Shown piece after piece: positions 11,907 to 22,102 of a stretch of 34,628 nt of DNA (its first letter is position 1; every line of letters starts with the position of its first letter). Location of the stretch: contig NW_025214707.1 of NCBI RefSeq assembly GCF_004010195.1, positions 5,317 through 39,944 of the forward strand, read 5' to 3'. This stretch comes from Chiloscyllium plagiosum (lineage: Eukaryota). The position numbers and the translations under genes are program-made. The notes beneath the pieces were generated by a model. That model searched no databases. It had not been told where the DNA came from and worked only from the letters and a program-made list of their open reading frames with translations.

Positions 11907-12406
11907 NNNNNNNNNNNNNNNNNNNNNNNNNNNNNNNNNNNNNNNNNNNNNNNNNNNNNNNNNNNNNNNNNNNNNNNNNNNNNNNNNNNNNNNNNNNNNN
12001 NNNNNNNNNNNNNNNNNNNNNNNNNNNNNNNNNNNNNNNNNNNNNNNNNNNNNNNNNNNNNNNNNNNNNNNNNNNNNNNNNNNNNNNNNNNNNNNNNNNN
12101 NNNNNNNNNNNNNNNNNNNNNNNNNNNNNNNNNNNNNNNNNNNNNNNNNNNNNNNNNNNNNNNNNNNNNNNNNNNNNNNNNNNNNNNNNNNNNNNNNNNN
12201 NNNNNNNNNNNNNNNNNNNNNNNNNNNNNNNNNNNNNNNNNNNNNNNNNNNNNNNNNNNNNNNNNNNNNNNNNNNNNNNNNNNNNNNNNNNNNNNNNNNN
12301 NNNNNNNNNNNNNNNNNNNNNNNNNNNNNNNNNNNNNNNNNNNNNNNNNNNNNNNNNNNNNNNNNNNNNNNNNNNNNNNNNNNNNNNNNNNNNNNNNNNN
12401 NNNNNN
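11907..12406. other. Assembly gap (500 N)
   Basis: Run of N. Confidence 1.
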
Positions 12407-12629
12407 TGATCTATCTGCTGGCCCTTCTGCACATATTTCCTCTGTTCTCTCATGGCATTATGTTCTTGTTATGCCTGGACTGTTTTGCAACATGATGCAC
12501 AGACTCACTTGGTCTTCCTTTAAGACTCTCTGATGATTGATAAACTTAAGGCTTCTGCATATGTTGATATCTTCCTTGAGAATAAGTTTCTCCTCTCTCA
12601 GCAGATGTACTCGCATGGCAGGATTTCTT

Positions 12630-12780
12630 TCTGTAGACTCCCTGCAGTGTGGAAGCAGGACATTCAGTCCATTGAATCCACACCAACCCTCTGAAATCAA
12701 CCCGCCCCAACTAATTCCCCCCCCCACCCCCACCCTCACCCTATCCCTGTAACCCTGCATTTCCCATGGTTCATCAACAT
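12630..12780 (-). mobile_element. HE1-type SINE 3' part leading into a SINE-derived tandem array
   Basis: CCCTGCAGTGTGGAAGCAGG..CCCTATCCCTGTAACCCTGCATTTCCCATGG matches 2800-2915. Confidence 0.8.
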
Positions 12781-13497
12781 AACCTGCACATCCCTGGACA
12801 TTATGGGACAAAATAGCATGGTCAATCCACCCTAACCTGCACATCCCTGGGCACTGTGGGACAATTTAGCTTGGCCAATCCCACCCTAACCTGCACATCC
12901 CTGGGCACTATGGGATAATTTAGCACGGCCAATCCACCCTAACCTGCACATCCCTGGGAACTATGGGACAATTTAGCTTGGCCAATCCATACTAACCTGC
13001 ACATCCCTGGACACTATGGGACAATTTAGCTTGGCCAATCCCACCCTAACCTGCACATCCCTGGGCACTATGGGACAATTTAGCATGGCCAATCCACCCT
13101 AACCTGCACATTCCTAGACACTATGGGACAATTTAGCATGGTCAATCCACCCTAACCTGCACATCCCTGGGCACTGTGGGACAATTTAGCTTGGCCAATC
13201 CCACCCTAACCTGCACATCCCTGGGCACTGTGGGACAATTTAGCATGGCCAATCCACCCTAACCTACACATCCCTGGGCACTATGGGGCAATTTAGCACA
13301 ACCAATCCACCCTAACCTGTACATTCCTGGGCAATATGGGGCAATTTAGCATGGCCAATCCACCCTAACCTGTACATTCCTGGGCACTATGGGACAATTT
13401 AGCATAACCAATCCACTCTAACCTGCACATCCCTGGGCACTATGGGGCAATTTAGCATGGCCAATCCACCCTAACCTGCACATCCCTGGACACTATG
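12779..13497. repeat. 53/54-bp tandem array (14 units) derived from an HE1 internal segment
   Basis: AACCTGCACA or a one-base variant at 12781, 12834, 12888, 12941, 12994, 13048, 13101, 13154, 13208, 13261, 13314, 13367, 13420, 13473. Confidence 0.95.
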
Positions 13498-13729
13498 TCA
13501 TATCATTCCCCACAGCAGCAGGGACTGGCACAATTGTAGCCATTCTGACTCACAGAGTAATTCAAAGTTGCTGACTTCAATTCTATTTCTGTCTTGCTGT
13601 TCACTACAGTCACTGTTCTGAAACTCTGCCCACTTTCAGCTACACACCTCTGACACCATGTTTCATGGGGTGTGTGTAATGTCTGCTCATTCAAAGTGAA
13701 AGCACCTGACGACTGAGGTCACACAAGTA

Positions 13730-13948
13730 TAAACATAGGAAGAGCAATCAGCCATTCAGCCCCTCAAGGCCTGTTCCGCCATTCAATGAGATCTTGGCCA
13801 TTCTATTGGTTAACTCCATAGACCTGCTTTTAGTCCATATCCCTTAATACCCTTTGCTGAACAAAAATGCATTGATTTAAGATTTAAAATTAATGACTGA
13901 TGCACTGCCATTTGTGGAAGACAGTTCCAAACCTCTACCACTCTTTGG
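13730..13948 (-). mobile_element. CR1 3' end
   Basis: GCCATTCAGCCCCTC tail; reverse of 13915-13948 reads QRVVEVWNCLP. Confidence 0.8.
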
Positions 13949-13950
13949 CG

Positions 13951-14135
13951 CTGGATGAGGTTCACTTGATTGATTCCAGAGTTGAGAGGGTTGGCTTATG
14001 AGGAGAGACTGGGACTATACTCATTGGAGCTTAGAAGAATGTTGGGGGGGGGGGGGGCGGAGTCTTGTAGAAATGTATAAAATTATGAAGGGAATAGCTA
14101 AGATAGAAACAGGGAGGTTGTTTCCATTGGTGAAG
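13951..14135 (+). mobile_element. CR1 ORF2 fragment inverted relative to 13730-13948
   Basis: RFT*LIPELRGLAYEERLGLYSLELRRM..EMYKIMKGIAKIETGRLFPL. Confidence 0.8.
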
Positions 14136-14309
14136 ATAATGTGATTCTTTTCCTTCAGGACATCGAGAATTAGGTACAAATCTACCTTGGTGGGCTGCTG
14201 ATTCACTGAGCCCCCACAGTTGCTGTTTTGTTGTCCTAGAATAAAGGCTACCACTTTGTATTGGACTTTAACACACAGTCTGTCCTCCATCACAGAAATG
14301 TGCACTTCA

Positions 14310-14671
14310 GGCTTCAAGACTTCTGCAAAGTCCTTGCTCCAGGACTACCGCAGCCAAGAGCCCCTGCTCCAGACACTAACACCGTTTTAGTCGACAAGCC
14401 GCTGCCTAGAGTCCACACTCCGGGCCTACCAAGCCAGGAGTTCCTGCTCCACCATTCCTGCAGTCGATGCCCCATCACCAACCCAGGGGTCCACACTCCG
14501 GGCCCACCAGCTAGAAGTCACCACCAACACCTCTTCGGCCTCCCTGCAACATGATGAAAATGAAGAAAAAAAAGGAAAGAATGAAAAGGAAAGAGAGAAA
14601 AAGAGTGCGGGCCGCCTGGAATAGACAGTGTCATCCTGAACACTACCTACCATGCTGGTGCCGCCATCTTG
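14310..14671 (-). mobile_element. Probable 5' end of an unclassified retroelement
   Basis: Minus strand starts CAAGATGGCGGC (YY1-type), then a pyrimidine tract and a GC-rich segment with a 16-bp direct repeat (14411/14489). Confidence 0.4.
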
Positions 14672-14834
14672 AAATGTAGAATCTCCTCTGGTCCCTGTGT
14701 GATAGATCCATCTCCCAAATCAATTACTCCTACACCCTTTAGAAAAAAGTGGTGAAACATTTGCATTTTGGACCTTGGAAGGAAAAATTGGACACACATT
14801 TGAAGTAAAATAACATATGGTAATAGTGGTCATC

Positions 14835-15000
14835 ATGGATTGCTGTAAAAAAAACTATCTGGTTCACTAATGTCTTTTAGAGAAGGAAATCTGCCATCTT
14901 TAACCAGTATGGCCGACGTGACTCTAGACCCACCAGCTAATGCACTTGCCTCTTAACTGAAATGGCCGAGAGACCTGCTTAGTTCAAAGGGATGGGCAAT
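14835..15000 (+). mobile_element. 3' half of a second SINE family (tail shared with the L2/Crack-like LINE)
   Basis: GAAGGAAATCTGC..GTGACTCYAGACCCAC..CTCTTAACTG shared with 32540-32680. Confidence 0.75.
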
Positions 15001-15124
15001 TCAGGATAGAGTTGTTTTAAAATGTCAATGGGCTAAATGATCTTTCCTTTGAAAGAAAGAGAAGCTTTTTGCCAAGTCCCCAATGTCAAGTGTCTCTTCC
15101 TGCGCATGACTATGTTCAGACTGA

Positions 15125-15282
15125 GGTTCAGGCAGCATCCAAGGAGCAGTAAAATCGACGTTTCGGGCCTGAAACGTCGATTTTCCTGCTCCTTGGATGC
15201 TGCCTGACCTGCTGTGCTTTTCCAGCACCACTCTAATCTAGACTCTGGTTTCCAGCATCTGCACTCCTTGTTTTTAACCTAA
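15125..15282. mobile_element. Penelope-pLTR-like palindromic element, collapsed centre
   Basis: CAGGCAGCATCCAAGGAGCAG..GACGTTTC / GAAACGTC..CTGCTCCTTGGATGCTGCCTG arms; TSD GTTCAGACTGA 15114-15124 / 15283-15293. Confidence 0.82.
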
Positions 15283-15489
15283 GTTCAGACTGATATGTGG
15301 CACACTTAATCCTGCAGGTGGCGCCAGAGGCTTGTTCAATAACATGGAAGGCCGGTTTATGGAGGCTTAAAATTAGAATTCCATTTCTGAATAAAATCGT
15401 CCTTTTCATTGTTTATTTAAGAGAAATAATTAGAACTCAGATGTTTGGTAGTAGCCTGTATGTGACCTCATTATTTTTATTTTGTTTGG

Positions 15490-15575
15490 TCAGGATCTTT
15501 TTGATGGGAGCTTACTGTGCACATTTTCACTGCTGCATCTTCTGGATCACAACAGTGACTACATACCAAAAGACT
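15490..15575 (+). mobile_element. DeuSINE-like fragment
   Basis: TGGGAGCTTACTGTGCACA..GCTGCAT..CACAACAGTGACTACA. Confidence 0.5.
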
Positions 15576-15617
15576 GGACAGCATTTTATTAGAAATCAGG
15601 GTTAGGAAAGGCACGAC

Positions 15618-16215
15618 AGAATCACAGAAGTATTATGGCATAGAAGGAGGCCATTTGTCCCATTGTGCCTGCAACAGTAAGCATTATTATCTAGTACCCA
15701 ATCTCCTGCCATTCTCTCATATGCCTGCACCCTATTTCTATACAACTAATCTTCCAATGCCCCTCTTAAATGCCTCAATTGAACCTGTCTCCGCCACATT
15801 TCCAGGCAGAGCATTCCGCACCCTAACTACTGAGTGAAAAAGCTTGTCCTCACTTCCCCCTTGCTTCATTCACACATCACTTTAAGTTTGATTCCTTCCG
15901 AGAATGAGGTGCCCAGAACTGTGCACGATACCCCAGCTGAGGTCGAATAGGTGTCTTGTAGAAGGTCAACATCACCTCCCTGCTCTTGTACTTTGTGCCC
16001 CTATGAATAAAGCTGAGGGCACTGTGTGTTTTATTCACTGCTCTCGCTCCCCTTGTCCTGCCATCTTCAATGATCTGGACACATCTACTCCCAGCTCCCT
16101 CTGCTTCTGCACCTCCTTTAGAATTGTGTCCCCTATTTGATACTGTCTTTCGATGTTCTTCCTGACAAAGTGCATCTTTCCACACTCTAACTGCCACCTG
16201 TCAGCCCACTCCAAT
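15618..16215 (-). mobile_element. CR1 LINE fragment (distinct subfamily)
   Basis: ALSFIHRGTKYKSREVMLTFYKTPIRPQLGY..QFWAPH; WADRWQLE..KMHF. Confidence 0.85.
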
Positions 16216-16338
16216 AACTTGTCAATCTCTCTTTTCTTTTTGCTTTTCTCCTCCCCTCCTGGTCTTTCTGCAAATAGTATGTTAGTTTGAAGACGTAAGA
16301 GAGTCTTGCTGTAAGCGAACAAGGATTCGGTGACATTA

Positions 16339-16860
16339 CATAGAGTCATAGAGATGTACAGCATGGAAACAGACCCTTCGGTCCAACCCGTCCATGCCGA
16401 CCAGATATCCCAACCCAACCTAGTCCCACCTGCCAGCACCCGGCCCATATCCCTCCAAACCCTTCCTATTCATATACCCATCCAAATGTCTCTTAAATGT
16501 TGTAACTGTACCAGCCTCCACCACTTCCTCTGGCAGCTCATTCCATTTGCGTACCACCCTCTGTGTGAAAAAATTGCCCCTTAGGTCTCTTTTATATCTT
16601 TCCCCTCTCACCCTAAACCTATGCTCTCTAGTTCTGGACTCCCCGACCCCAGGTAAAAGACTTTGTCTATTCACCCTATCCATGCCCCTCATGATTTTAT
16701 AAACCTCTATGAGGTCACCCCTCAGCCTCCGACGCTCCAGGGAAAACAGCCTCAGCCCATTCAGCCTCTCCCTGTAGCTCAAATCCTCCAATCCTGGCAA
16801 CATCCTTGTAAATCTTTTCTGAACCCTTTCAAGTTTCACAACATCTTTCCGATAGGAAGG
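16339..16860 (-). mobile_element. Young 5'-truncated CR1/HER1-type LINE
   Basis: Open 139-aa C-terminus LERVQKRFTRMLPG..RLRGDLIEVYKIM..NFFTQRVV..WNELP; CTCTATGACTCTATG tail. Confidence 0.95.
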
Positions 16861-16874
16861 AGTCCAGGATTTCT

Positions 16875-17095
16875 GTTTTCACTGGGCTGGTTCCTGGAAT
16901 AAGAGGGTGTACTTGATGAGGAATTAGGTAGAATGGACCTCCATTGTCCAACGTTTCGAAGAATGAGGCCAGATGCTAAGTAGCTGGAGAGTGTAGAATT
17001 AGCTGCTTCAGTCTCTGAATGGGAGGAATGGGGTTCATCTGAGATGAGGAGAAATTTATTGTGCTGGGAATTGGAATTCTCTACCTCAGTAGATG
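16875..17095 (+). mobile_element. Ancient CR1 remnant
   Basis: FTGLVPGIRG, FRRMR, EMRRN, WNSLPQ remnants. Confidence 0.55.
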
Positions 17096-17111
17096 TCAAG
17101 GTCATATCACT

Positions 17112-17270
17112 TTTCCTTCGTCATGGGACTGGCTGAGCCCAGCATTTATTACCCTGTCCCTAGTTGCCCCCCTTTGAGAAGGTGGGGGGTGAGCTGCCAT
17201 CTTGAACCGCTGCAGTCCACGTGCTGTGGGTTGACCCACAATGCCCTGAGGGAGGGAATTCCAGGATTTT
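17112..17270 (-). mobile_element. 3' end of the L2/Crack-like LINE
   Basis: Near-identical to 19990-20130 (SWNSLPQGIVGQPTA.GLQRFKMAAH). Confidence 0.85.
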
Positions 17271-17654
17271 AAATTAAATTTAAATTTTGAGGTCGGCTGT
17301 GCGGACCAGATTGGCACAACTAACGCCAGACTCAATCTCTGTTTCAGCTCAGAAACACTGGGGACCCACCCTGTGGCACTGTGAGTCAGACCTGGCTACA
17401 AGTAAGGAATGGAAAAATAAAGTTCCCAGTCTGTTTCACTGTAAGAGAAAGTATAATCGCCTGAATCCCATTGTAATGCTGAAGATTATTCAAAGAGAAA
17501 GATTCAAATAAATGTAATGTAACAGAGGTTACAGGAGGCTAATGGCACAAAAATGTCATCCAGATGAGAAAGACAAGGCTGGCGGGGGAAATGAAAAAGG
17601 ATCTCAAATAAAATGAAATAAAACATTAAAAATGGGCTACTTTTCAAAATAATC

Positions 17655-18705
17655 GACGCAACAGAGGGATTTGGGAGACCTCTCTGATGAATCAGAGAAA
17701 GCGAGCATCCAAATCCAGAGGGGAATAGGGAAAGCCAAGGGAATGTTGCTCTTTATTCCAAAGGGAATGGAGTATAAAAATAGGGAGAATTTTGCTAAAC
17801 CTATACAAGACACCAGTCAGACCACAGCTGGAATACTGTGAACAGGTTTGGGTCCCGTTACCTGAGGAAAGACAGACTGACATTGGAGGCAGCCCAGAGA
17901 AGGTCCACTCGGCTGATCCCGGGTATGGAGGGACTGTCCCATGAGGAGAGGTTGAGGAGGTTGGGCCTGGACGCATTGGGGTTTAGAAGAATGAGAGGTG
18001 ACCTTATTAAAACATCCACGATTCCCTGGGGGACTTGACAGGGGGGATGTGGAGAGGTTGTTTCCCCTTGTGGGAGAGAGTCTAGATTAGATTACATTAC
18101 AGTGTGGAAACAGGCCCTTCGGCCCAACAAGTCCACACCGACCCGCCAAAGCGCAACCCACCCATACCCCTACATTTACCCATTACCTAACACTACAGGC
18201 AATTTAGCATGGCCAATTCACCCGACCTGCACATCTTTGGATTGTGGGAGGAAACCGGAGCACCCGGAGGAAACCCACGCAGACACGGGGAGAATGTGCA
18301 AACTCCACACAGTCAGTCGCCTGAGGCGGGAATTGAACCCGGGTCTCAGGCGCTGTGAGGCAGCAGTGCTAACCACTGTGCCACCGTGTCGCCCACGACA
18401 GGACCAGAGGGTACAATCTCAGAATAAGGGGTCACCCATTGCAGACAGAGATGAGGAGGAATTTCTTCCCTCAGAGGGGAGTGAGTCTGTAGAATTCTTT
18501 CCCACAGAGGGCTGTCGTGGCTGGGTCAGTGAGTATATTCAAGGCTGAGACAGAGAGATGTTTAATCAGGAAGGGGAATGGAGGGGTGATGGGGAAAAGG
18601 CAGGAAAGTGGAGTTGGGGTTTATCAGATCAGTCGTGACCTCTTTGAATGGTGGAGCAGACTCGATGGGCTGAATGGCCTCCTGCTGCTCCAGGGCTTTA
18701 TAGTC
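17655..18705 (+). mobile_element. CR1 3' portion interrupted by an HE1 SINE
   Basis: GMEYKNRE..LYKT.VRPQLEYC, QRRSTRLIPGMEGL..RMRGDLIK, EMRRNFF; tail GGGCTGAATGGCCT. Confidence 0.9.
18083..18394 (-). mobile_element. Full-length young HE1-type SINE
   Basis: Reverse reads GGGCGACACGGTGGCACAGTGG (A box), GGTTCAATTCC (B box), intact core, TAATCTAATCTA tail. Confidence 0.95.
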
Positions 18706-19559
18706 TTAAAATGGGAAAACCAAGGCATAAACAAATCTTCTGATGGGGTGGCTGGAAAGAGGCTGGTATGCAGTATAAAACCCACCACAGGTCAGTTAGA
18801 CCTGTTCCTGTGCTGTAGACTATATGCAATTAGGACTTTTGAGAATAATTAGAGAGAAGGTAGGAATATTCAGGAATGAATGGGAGTTTAAATCCAATAT
18901 TTTAGTGCTTTGAAAATGGTGGTGGATGTGAAAATTGGGTTTGCAACACTATGGCACAGGATTCTGAGGCAAGTTTCTGGTGGGATTGTGTGTCAGGTTA
19001 AGGGCCTACAATGGGGTACATTCGTAACAATAAACAGACATACTGCAAGTCCAGGAGCTGGTCTTTGAACTTTGCCAGGCTTCAATGCTCTTCCTTAACT
19101 CTGTGAGCCAGTGCATTTTTCAAACCTTTCTGCTTGAGGGAAGCAACGACAAGATGAAGACAGAACTTCCTCAGCTATTTACAACATGATGTCCTATTGT
19201 TACACTGTCGCACGGTGCTGGAAATATCCCCCACCCTACACGCTCCCCTCAACTTAGAAAGACCCAAGGCTGATAGTCACATGTCCTGCAGGGAATTCTG
19301 GGACCTTGTCAGGGGGCTACTCACAGGCAGGCCTGAAGGTGGTGCAGTTTGGCCCAGGGTGAGCTGATTCCGAGCGGATTTGACATCGCTGATAAAGGAA
19401 AAAGGATTCAAGGATACTGGCTGCAAAACTTCAAAAGGAAGTGTGGCCTGGCCAACAATTGAGGGAACAATCACTGTTAGGAGCAGTGGCTAAAACACCA
19501 TGTCAGAGCCACCAATGGGCAAGATCAACGTTACACATTGTCCTTTCAGCTGGGGAATT

Positions 19560-19955
19560 TGACTGACCATGGTTAATCGACACCAACTGACCCGAGTTAA
19601 CCTACACTCACTGACACTGATTAATCCACACTGACTGGCTCTGGTTAATCTACACTCACTGACACTCATTAATCCACCCTGATTGACCCTGGTTAACCTA
19701 CACTCTCTGACCTGGTAAATCCATACTTACTGATTCTGGTTAATCTACACTGACTGCCCCTTGTTAAACTGCACTGACTCACACTGGTTAGTTTATATTT
19801 ACTGACACTTGTTACTCAACAGAGGATAAGACAAGTTAATCTATACTGGCTGACCCAGGTTAAACTAGACCTTTGTTAGTCTACATTAACTGAGTCTGGT
19901 TAGTCTATGCTGATTGATCCTTGTCAGTCTGTACCAACTGAAACTGGCTAGTCTT
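19560..19955. repeat. Degenerate left part of the 24-bp minisatellite
   Basis: Repeated variants of ACTGACCCTGGTTAATCTACACT. Confidence 0.8.
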
Positions 19956-20420
19956 TATTATCTTTCTATTCACATTTGGGACCTGGACATCGTTGGCTGG
20001 GCCCAGTATTTATTGCCCGTCCCTAATTGCCCCCTTGAGAAGGTGGGGGTGAGCTGCCATCTTGAACCGCTGCAGTCCATGTGCTGTGGGTTGACCCACA
20101 ATGCCCTGAGGGAGGGAATTCCAGGATTTTGACCCAGTGACACTGAAGGAACGGTGATATATTTCCAAGTCAGGATGGTGAGGGGCTCGGAGGGGAACTT
20201 GCAGGGGGTGGTGTTCCCATGTATCTGCTGCCCTTGTCCTTCTAGATGGAAGTGGCCGTGGGTTTGGAAGGTGCTGTCTGAGGATCTTTGGTGAGTTTCT
20301 GCAGTGCATCTTGTAGATGGTACACACTGCTGCTACTGAGCGTCGGTGGGGGGAGGGAGTGGATGTTTGTGGATGTGGGGCCAATCAAGCGGCTACTTTG
20401 AACTGGATGGTGTCGAGCTT

Positions 20421-20717
20421 AGAACATAGAACATAGAACAATACAGCACAGAACAGGCCCTTCGGCCCACGATGTTGTGCCGAACATTTGTCCTAGCTTA
20501 AGCACCCATCCATGTACCTATCCAATTGCCGCTTAAAGATTCTGACTCTACCACACCCACAGGCAGCGCATTCCATGCCCCCACCACTCTCTGGGTAAAG
20601 AACCCACCCCTGACATCTCCCCTATACCTTCCACCCTTCACCTTAAATTTATGTCCCCTTGTAACACTCTGTTGCACCCGGGGAAAAAGTTTCTGACTGT
20701 CTACTCTATCTATTCCT
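20421..20717 (-). mobile_element. Nested CR1 3' end
   Basis: AGAACAT tandem tail, ACAGGCCCTTCGGCCC; host sequence GAGCTT|CTTGAGTGTT resumes after it. Confidence 0.88.
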
Positions 20718-21030
20718 CTTGAGTGTTGTTGGATCTGCCCCCATCCAGGGCAAGTGGGGAGTATTCCCTCACATTCCTGACTTGTGCCTTGTAGATGGTG
20801 GGACAGGCTTTGGGGAGACAGGTGGTGAGTTACTCACTGCAGGATTCTCAGCCTCTGACCTGCTCTTGTAGCCACTGTATTTATGTGGTAAGTCCAGTCA
20901 GTTTCTGGTCAATGGTAACGCCCAGGATGTTGACATTGGGGGATTCAGTAAAGGAACATCATTAAATATCAAGAAACAAAGGTTAGATTGTCTCCTGTTG
21001 GAGATGGTGATAGCCTGGCATTTCTGTGGT

Positions 21031-21120
21031 TCCTGAAGAAGGGCTTATGCCCGAAACGTCGATTCTCCTTCTCCTTGGATGCTGCCTGACCTGCTGCGCT
21101 TTTCCAGCAACACATTTTTA
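21031..21120 (+). mobile_element. Single-arm Penelope-pLTR-like fragment with an intact hammerhead-like core
   Basis: CTGAAGA-A-GGGC-TTAT-GCCC-GAAACGTC at 21033-21060. Confidence 0.8.
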
Positions 21121-21707
21121 ATTTGTGGTGTGACTGTTACTTGTCACTTGTCAGCCCAAGCTCAGATATTGTCCAGATCTTGTTGTATTTGAACATGAAC
21201 TGCTTCAGTATCTGAGGAGTCGCGAATGGTGCTGAACACTGTGCAATCATCAGTGAACATCCCCCACTTCTGACCTTATGATGGAGGGAAGGTCATTGAT
21301 GAAGCAGCTGAAGATGGTTGGGCCTAGGACACTACCCTGAGGAGCTCCTGCAGAGATGTCCTGGGGCTGAGATAACTGACCATGACTATCTTCCTTTGTG
21401 CCAGGTGACTCCAACCAGCCCCCGATACCCATTGATTCCAAGTTTTGCCAGGGCTCCTTGATGCCACACTTGGCCAAATGCCGCCTTGATGTCAAGGGCT
21501 GTCCCTCTCCCCTCCCTTCTGGAGTTCAGCTCTTTTGTCCATGTTTGAACCAAGGCTGTAATGAGGTCAGGAGCTGAGTGACCCTGGTGGAACCCAAACT
21601 GGGCATCACTGAGCAGGGTATTGCTGAGCAGGCCACTCCCTCCTGACTGTATACCACTCTGCCACCACCTCTGCTGGGCCTGTCCTGCTGGTGGGACAGG
21701 ACATGCA

Positions 21708-21925
21708 CATTGGAAAAGTGTGGCTCTGGAAAAGCACAGCAGGTCGGGCAGCATTTGAGGAGCAAGAGTATGATGTTTCAGGCCTGAGCCCTTCATTCCT
21801 GATGAAGAGCGTATGCTCGAAATGTCAACTCTCCTGCTCCTCGGATGCTGCCTGACCTGCTGTGCTTTTCCAGCACCACACATTTTGACTCTGACTCTTC
21901 AGCATCTGTAGTCCTCACTTTCTCT
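21708..21925. mobile_element. Penelope-pLTR-like palindromic element
   Basis: Inverted arms; CTGATGA-A-GAGC-GTAT-GCTC-GAAATGTC from 21799; imperfect TSD CAGGACATGCA 21697-21707 / CAGAACATACA 21926-21936. Confidence 0.8.
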
Positions 21926-22102
21926 CAGAACATACAGGATGGTGATGGTGGTGACGGGGACATTGTCTGTAAGGTACTGATCCTGAGTGTATGATGACAT
22001 CAGGCTTTTACTTGACTCCCTTGTGAGACAGCTCGTACAATTTTGGCACTATCCTCTGGATGTTCATGAGGAGGACTCTGCAGAGTGTCATTGCCTCTTC
22101 TT

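Larger units (their letters stand above)
19960..22085 (-). mobile_element. L2/Crack-like LINE (RT to 3' end) with three nested insertions
   Basis: SDAQFGFHQGHSAPDL, ALDIKAAF..VWH, AGAPQGSVLGPTIFSCFINDL, C-terminus identical in type to 10218-10650. Confidence 0.88.

Noticed and set aside
11896..12495. 199-aa and 184-aa ORFs
   Set aside because: Artefacts of the N gap
12779..13497. CRISPR-like regular repeats
   Set aside because: Head-to-tail units with no unique spacers, SINE-derived, no cas genes, vertebrate context
14043..14058. Poly-G runs (also ~29982) as G-quadruplex elements
   Set aside because: Simple homopolymer expansions, one inside a CR1; no evidence of function
19277..19474. 65-aa minus ORF in unique sequence
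   Set aside because: Short, no recognisable domain or convincing splice context
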